From Octopus bimaculoides (Eukaryota), in contig NC_068989.1 in the NCBI RefSeq assembly GCF_001194135.2, positions 46,340,317 through 46,382,366 of the forward strand: 42,050 nucleotides of DNA, written 5' to 3'. Numbering within the stretch: the stretch's first letter is position 1; the number at the start of each line of letters is the position of its first letter. Shown piece by piece: positions 34,776 to 42,050 of the stretch. Both the position numbers and the translations under genes were made by a program. The notes under the pieces are model-generated. The model worked only from the letters and a program-made list of their open reading frames with translations. It was not told the origin of the DNA and ran no database searches.

Positions 34776-35239
34776 AAAATAGAAGTGATTTGAATTTAGT
34801 CTGAAAATACGAACGAATACGACACAAACCAGAACATCGCGCAAACTGCTACAAGAGGGTGGAATGTAAATAAAATAGTTGGGATTGAAACAAGTATACA
34901 TACTATCTAAATCTAGCTTACAACTCGAAATGAAATCTGTTTAAATAATCGGCTGTTTTTCTTCAAGTAAAAAGACTTCCTTTAATAAATCTACGGATGG
35001 TTGTTAGAAAACTTGGGCAAGACCAAGCATTTAAAGCAGACATATATTCAATATTTATAGAACACGCTTACACTTAACACATAAATACATACATACATAC
35101 ATACAGGAATATATGCACACTCAAATTAATGTATATATATATATATATGCATGTATACAAAGTAGAATATGCAAACATATTTACATAGACGCACAATTAT
35201 ACATACAGACACCAACAAGTACATATGTATATATCTGTG

Positions 35240-35383
35240 TACATTTGTACATACGTACATACATGCATACATACATGTATATAAATATATATATATATGT
35301 TTATATTTACACATACATACAGACATATATCTACACATACAAATATACATATATATATATGTATGTATGTATGTGTGTGTATG

Positions 35384-35464
<81 letters not shown>

Positions 35465-35586
35465 ATATATATATATGTATATATATATTTGAATATATAT
35501 ATATATATTTACACATACAAATATACATATATGTGTATATACATGTACATACATATATATATTTACGCATACAGATGTACATATAT

Positions 35587-35674
<88 letters not shown>

Positions 35675-35803
35675 ATATATATATATGTATATATATATTT
35701 GAATATATATATATATTTACACATACAAATATACATATATGTGTATATACATGTACATACATATATATATTTACGCATACAGATGTACATATATGTATGT
35801 GTG

Positions 35804-35835
<32 letters not shown>

Positions 35836-36244
35836 CCTGCGTGTGTGCGTGTGTATAATCATACACAGGTACTTACAGATATACAAATCTCCGTCTATGT
35901 ATCTTTCTATTTTGTCTACAATTTAGTCTTTTTTCCCCTCTTTCTACACAGATGCCCAAAGATACACAGATGTACATATATGCCTACGCACGTAGACATA
36001 TGCGTTAAACACATAAACACATTCATACATGCACACACACGCACACACACGCACACACACGCACACACATATGAATGAATGTAATATATACTATATTCAC
36101 ACACACACAAACACACATACACACACACATATAGATATATACTCACACGCATATATATGTGTGTATATTATACTCTTACAGCGCGCAGGCACACACACAC
36201 ACACACACGCACACACACGCATAAATGTATATACATATATATAA

Positions 36245-36280
<36 letters not shown>
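35240..36280. repeat. Large alternating purine-pyrimidine compound microsatellite containing a 210-bp tandem duplication
   Basis: tttgaatat...tttacacatacaaatatacatatatgtgtatatacatgtacatac...tttacgcatacagatgtacat recurs at a 210-bp offset (g at 35491 and 35701). Confidence 0.93.
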
Positions 36281-37189
36281 NNNNNNNNNNNNNNNNNNNN
36301 NNNNNNNNNNNNNNNNNNNNNNNNNNNNNNNNNNNNNNNNNNNNNNNNNNNNNNNNNNNNNNNNNNNNNNNNNNNNNNNNNNNNNNNNNNNNNNNNNNNN
36401 NNNNNNNNNNNNNNNNNNNNNNNNNNNNNNNNNNNNNNNNNNNNNNNNNNNNNNNNNNNNNNNNNNNNNNNNNNNNNNNNNNNNNNNNNNNNNNNNNNNN
36501 NNNNNNNNNNNNNNNNNNNNNNNNNNNNNNNNNNNNNNNNNNNNNNNNNNNNNNNNNNNNNNNNNNNNNNNNNNNNNNNNNNNNNNNNNNNNNNNNNNNN
36601 NNNNNNNNNNNNNNNNNNNNNNNNNNNNNNNNNNNNNNNNNNNNNNNNNNNNNNNNNNNNNNNNNNNNNNNNNNNNNNNNNNNNNNNNNNNNNNNNNNNN
36701 NNNNNNNNNNNNNNNNNNNNNNNNNNNNNNNNNNNNNNNNNNNNNNNNNNNNNNNNNNNNNNNNNNNNNNNNNNNNNNNNNNNNNNNNNNNNNNNNNNNN
36801 NNNNNNNNNNNNNNNNNNNNNNNNNNNNNNNNNNNNNNNNNNNNNNNNNNNNNNNNNNNNNNNNNNNNNNNNNNNNNNNNNNNNNNNNNNNNNNNNNNNN
36901 NNNNNNNNNNNNNNNNNNNNNNNNNNNNNNNNNNNNNNNNNNNNNNNNNNNNNNNNNNNNNNNNNNNNNNNNNNNNNNNNNNNNNNNNNNNNNNNNNNNN
37001 NNNNNNNNNNNNNNNNNNNNNNNNNNNNNNNNNNNNNNNNNNNNNNNNNNNNNNNNNNNNNNNNNNNNNNNNNNNNNNNNNNNNNNNNNNNNNNNNNNNN
37101 NNNNNNNNNNNNNNNNNNNTACTGGTGCTGATGATGCTTGTTATGGAAGTGATGATGGTAACGATAATGGTGGTGGCTGTAGTGATGAT

Positions 37190-37194
37190 GATGT

Positions 37195-37247
<53 letters not shown>
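37190..37247. repeat. (GAT)n microsatellite
   Basis: Read directly from the sequence. Confidence 0.95.
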
Positions 37248-37970
37248 TTTTTAATATCTTCATTTACTCTTCCTCAGTTCATCAGTGACTTGTCATTGAT
37301 TTTGTGGGTAAGTGTTGTTTGTATTTTCTTCGTTACCAAACCACCCACATTGCTACTTTATATGTACTTTTTTGTTGGGTTTTTTTTTCCCCACAGATAC
37401 TACATTTTAATATATATATATATATATTTTATTATATTTATGTTGCCACTTCTTGCGCGGATCTAATTGCTTTTCTGTTAATAGTATCTTTTCTATTGTT
37501 GCTCTTAAATATTTCAAGACGTCACCGGTTTTATATATTTCAATTGCTGAGGTTTATTTATACTTTGATATATTTCACCTCTTACATTATATTACTTCCA
37601 AATGAAAAACAATAGAAGGAAAAGGGAAAACAAATGAAAGAGAAAGAGAAAGAGAAAGAGAAAGAGAGAGTAGAGAAACGGTCGTCTAAGTAGGATTATA
37701 GGGCCCAGAGCAAATCAATGCAATGGGCCCATTACTGTTTATATATTGACATCAAGCCGCAACATACATAGAATTTAAATGGGCTCTTAGACCCGTGAAG
37801 TCTCTCGGCAACCGTCCACTGTGCGTGGTAGAAATCGCAGTCAGACAAATCTCAGATTCTTGTTCAGAAAAATGAAGACCCTTTGAAAAATGCAATCCAG
37901 GACTAGCTAACAATTGAAATAAAGATAGGATTGTTACAGCCATTGCTACAAAAATTGAGAATACGTGGAT

Positions 37971-38220
37971 TTGTGGTTCTCAACCATTTTTTGGCCTATG
38001 GACCCCTTCAATTCTTATTCCACTCGAGTGAACTCTCATAACCATTCAATTCCTAAAAAGATCCTATAAGATTTTTTATATTTAAATATTAAGAAATATA
38101 TAAAAATTTAAGATCTGTTGTTTATAGTAGAATTATAACCAATTTATTGCACATGCATTTTAACAACAAAATATTATATGAACCCTCAAGGGCCATATTT
38201 ACCCCGGTTGAGAACCACTG
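37971..38220. mobile_element. hAT-type MITE (250 bp)
   Basis: Left end ttgtggttctcaacc, right end ggttgagaaccactg (reverse complement cagtggttctcaacc, a hAT/Charlie-like TIR). No 8-bp TSD is retained. Confidence 0.75.
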
Positions 38221-39336
38221 TATTAAGGCGACAGTTTAAACGACTCGCAGTATTTGAACTGACTCACTGATTTCTTAGTTCGAATGTTGGCGAAGTGAAC
38301 TTCGCCGTTTATTCATTTGATGTTGGTTAAATAAAACATAAATCCATCCTGGATGATGAACCAAGGGAGATGGGTTGAACGTCGTACCGTATACTTTGTG
38401 GCATTTGCTTCGGCTCTTTGGGTTCGAAGTGAAATTCTATTTAAAAAGCATGTTACTTCACGAACATGTAGTCATACCGTGAAGTGTACGGGAAATCCAC
38501 GCAAGAAACGTCATCATTTTCATCATCATCATCGTCTCGTCATTGTCATCGTCATCGGCCTCCTCCTTCTCCTCCTCCTCCTCTCAGCACCATCAACATT
38601 ATCAACATCATCATCATCATCGTTATCATCCAAATGAACAACAGTCATAATATCAATGGTCCTGAGCGGAGTCAAAGGTGAGATTCCTCAACCTTGAGAA
38701 TTACGAACCTTGTTGAATGAATAAGTGAATGAATGAATGATTGATTGATTGGCTGATTGACTGATTGATCTATTGATTTATGGGTGGATGAATAAATGAA
38801 TAGCTACTGATGGAACACGTTTACTAATCAGTAAAGAACTGCAAAACTAATCTTACAATCCCTAATTCTCATTTACATTAATCCTCTATTAAAAGCCTCT
38901 GCTGTACCGTTTCTTTGTAAACCCATTTTTTACCCTCTCTTTGTCTGCGAATTGGTAAAAATCCATTCGTGTCAAACAGAATTCTTCGCATTCTTTCTTT
39001 TTTTTTTCGACTTTCCACACTTCAAATCCTGTTCAAATTCGGTCGAGGTTAACTTTGATCTTAATCCACTTGGAGTCTAAGAAAATAAACTAACGCTATA
39101 CCCAGGGCGATAGACTGGGAGACCTGTAGGAAAGTCGACTCAGGTGCCTTATCATAGCTGTTCTGGATTTTTAAGTTTCGAGTTCATAACTTACTTGTCA
39201 ACCAGAGTTAATCTGTCCTCTGTTTTAACTTCCGTCACCTGGCACCGTGGGGACCCTTAATGGAGTTCACTAAGTTACAAGCGTTCGGGCCAGGTTTCTG
39301 GGTTCAGGGAACCTTTCTCTCTATCTCAACCAGAGG

Positions 39337-39414
39337 AGTAGTCATGATGGGTATAAGGGGCTTCGTATATTTTAACCCAGTGTCACTTTGATGGCATGCA
39401 CTGCTCTCTCACTC

Positions 39415-39497
<83 letters not shown>
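39337..39497 (+). mobile_element. 3' tip of the (AAT)n-tailed element family, with (AAT)n array
   Basis: gtagtcatgatgggtata..ggcttcgtatattttaacccagtgtcactttgatggcatgcactgctctctcactc then (AAT)n at 39415-39497; matches 30718-30790. Confidence 0.75.
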
Positions 39498-39499
<2 letters not shown>

Positions 39500-40058
39500 T
39501 TCACTGGCTACAATGCAGGAAGTATGGATACGAGGTAACGGGTGCTTGGTACCAGCATATACCAGTTAAGGTAATGGATGAAAAGGGAAGGCAAAAATCC
39601 CCTGGGACTTTGACTTCCGGATAAACAAGGTGTTACAGCACCGAAGGCCAGATATAGTGACCTTTAGTAGGGACAAACAAGATTGCCTAATAATCGACGA
39701 GGCAGTGCCAAGACGTGAACATATTATCATGAAAGAAAGAGAAAAGATCGATAAATGTGGAGACCTGAGAACTGACGTAGTCAAGATGTGGCAGCTACGA
39801 GAGTCAAATAAAAAGGTGGTCTCCATCGTCATTGGAGCATTGGATTCACCGCCCAATCTGAAGAAACATCTGGAAACATTTGAAATATCCTGCAATTTAG
39901 TTGTATTGGGAAAATCGGCATTACTTGGAATTGCACGCAAATGGCACAAAATACAGTCTGTCTGAAGTCCTTGTTGTGACTTGACAGACAGTACAAACCC
40001 CCGGTAGACACAATATCTTCAATCAACAACATCATGATACTGGATACTGTGTGACGTC
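39498..40058 (+). mobile_element. 5'-truncated R4/Dong-like non-LTR element: RLE domain plus 3' UTR
   Basis: IHWLQCRKYG..WYQHIP.KV..(frameshift)..WDFDFRINKVLQHRRPDIV..CLIIDEAVP..KEREKIDKCGDL..VVSIVIGALDSPPNLKKHL..LGKSALLGIARK (PD-(D/E)xK RLE). Flanked on both sides by (AAT)n. Confidence 0.92.
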
Positions 40059-40075
40059 TTAATAATAATATTAAT

Positions 40076-40116
<41 letters not shown>

Positions 40117-40165
40117 TAATAATAATAATGATAATAATAATAATAATNNNNNNNNNNTAATAATG

Positions 40166-40229
<64 letters not shown>

Positions 40230-40253
40230 TGATGATGGTGGTGGTGATGGTTG

Positions 40254-40344
<91 letters not shown>

Positions 40345-40345
<1 letters not shown>

Positions 40346-40545
40346 TAAGATTAAATTAAATTTAAAGAGAGGAAACGCTAAGGCGATTGAAATAGAATGT
40401 CCGTAGAACTCCTACAGAAAGTTTGTCTCTTAGGTCTAATCACCTGAAAGACAGCAGAAAACTTGTGGATACTTAAAGTTACAGGTACTAACCTGTTATC
40501 CACATAATTTCTGCCAGGAATAAGACCTAAGCTTAGCTAAGCCAA
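40345..40545 (+). mobile_element. Short 3' fragment of another R4/Dong-like subfamily
   Basis: 40403-40435 reads VELLQKVCLLG (C-terminal RLE motif), followed by a decayed end and a 3' UTR unlike the neighbours; (AAT)n on both sides. Confidence 0.65.
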
Positions 40546-40552
40546 CATAATG

Positions 40553-40621
<69 letters not shown>

Positions 40622-40630
40622 GTAATAATA

Positions 40631-41172
40631 AAAACTGGTGGGAACACAAACCACCCCCAGTACTTGAAAATGATCACATCGCACTCCTCTGGAACTTCAC
40701 CATTCAAACTGACAGAAAGATAGATGCAAATAGGCCAGACATNNNNNNNNNNNNNNNNNNNNNNNNNNNNNNNNNNNNNNNNNNNNNNNNNNNNNNNNNN
40801 NNNNNNNNNNNNNNNNNNNNNNNNNNNNNNNNNNNNNNNNNNNNNNNNNNNNNNNNNNNNNNNNNNNNNNNNNNNNNNNNNNNNNNNNNNNNNNNNNNNN
40901 NNNNNNNNNNNNNNNNNNNNNNNNNNNNNNNNNNNNNNNNNNNNNNNNNNNNNNNNNNNNNNNNNNNNNNNNNNNNNNNNNNNNNNNNNNNNNNNNNNNN
41001 NNNNNNNNNNNNNNNNNNNNNNNNNNNNNNNNNNNNNNNNNNNNNNNNNNNNNNNNNNNNNNNNNNNNNNNNNNNNNNNNNNNNNNNNNNNNNNNNNNNN
41101 NNNNNNNNNNNNNNNNNNNNNNNNNNNNNNNNNNNNNNNNNNNNNNNNNNNNNNNNNNNNNNNNNNNNNNNN
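40631..41172 (+). mobile_element. 5'-truncated R4/Dong-like RLE fragment running into a gap
   Basis: 40633-40742 reads NWWEHKPPPVLENDHIALLWNFTIQTDRKIDANRPD. It begins right after (AAT)n, and (AAT)n resumes after the 430-N gap. Confidence 0.85.
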
Positions 41173-41189
41173 ATAATAATGAAATAATG

Positions 41190-41226
<37 letters not shown>

Positions 41227-41286
41227 TAATAAATAACAATAGCAATAATGGTAATAGTAATAATAATAATGACGATGATGATGATA

Positions 41287-41347
<61 letters not shown>
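41173..41347. repeat. (AAT)n grading into (GAT)n microsatellite
   Basis: Read directly from the sequence. Confidence 0.95.
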
Positions 41348-41348
<1 letters not shown>

Positions 41349-41994
41349 GTGAATACGGAAATATTTGCTATCCTTTCATTTTGTTTCTAAGAAAGAAAAA
41401 AATAGAAAACAAAGCCGAAAAACTGACGTAATGCGTGCATTATATTTGGCGCTGAGATTTCATCACCTGAAAAATAACGTTTATTTTTTTCCCCCTCTTT
41501 TGGAGAGTAGGTTGCGACGTGAAGTGTTTCAGAACACTGCTTGAACGGAAGTTAGGAAAAGATTGCGTTAATGAGAGCTATCAAGATGCAATTCTATAAT
41601 TCTAAGAATAGTTAGTGAGAATATGTTTCTGTTAACGTGCTTTACTATGTTATTTATTTTTCTGTTGATTTTCTGGTCTTTATTTATAGTTTGTTTTTAA
41701 ATACTTTTCTTCTGTTTTATATCTATTAGTCATAGGAAGATAGTATTTAAAGAGTGAGATGTTGGAACTGATATGTCAAAATATAAGTGTTTAGTACTTC
41801 AATTTTGCCTTGTGGAGAAGGTCAATGATTGAGAGGTGAATGAAAATAATTTCCAGAAAAATCGATAACACTAAACGAAAACATTACTTCCGTTTAATTA
41901 ACGACGTTTTTCAAATTACTATTCTTCTATGCTATGTCTCTATATCTGCTCTTCTGCTTAATTCTACGACAACACACATACAAACTCACACACA

Positions 41995-42050
<56 letters not shown>

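Noticed and set aside
35113-36078. 321-aa ORF, the longest gap-free ORF in the track
   Set aside because: Almost entirely Y/I/C/V/H/T/M from alternating purine-pyrimidine microsatellite; no coding signal.

Overview
Animal nuclear DNA: AT-rich, microsatellite-dense, with about 5 kb of N in 14 gaps, most flanked by simple repeats. The repeat content and SINE families look like a cephalopod (Octopus-type) short-read draft assembly; this is my inference, not a database result. I could not recognise any intact host gene. The window is a transposon graveyard: R4/Dong-type non-LTR 3' fragments tied to (AAT)n arrays (1-230 and a pile-up at 39.3-41.2 kb), an internally deleted Helitron with 23-aa STPR-like repeats (2557-4250), two decayed mariner transposases, a near full-length decayed MULE with TIRs (13155-15029), a Penelope-like RT/GIY-YIG fragment (19.2-20.1 kb), an RTE-clade RT (21.3-22.4 kb), three MITEs and about 15 tRNA-derived SINE copies from several families. 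Most ORFs in the supplied track are artefacts of microsatellites or N gaps. The best leads are (i) hammerhead-ribozyme-like folds at 19150-19230 (+, Penelope-type palindromic loop 3) and 34679-34775 (-), (ii) the head-to-tail stack of (AAT)n-associated retroelements, and (iii) a weakly supported set of phase-compatible minus-strand exons (27.5 kb to 18.7 kb) that could belong to an unrecognised host gene.
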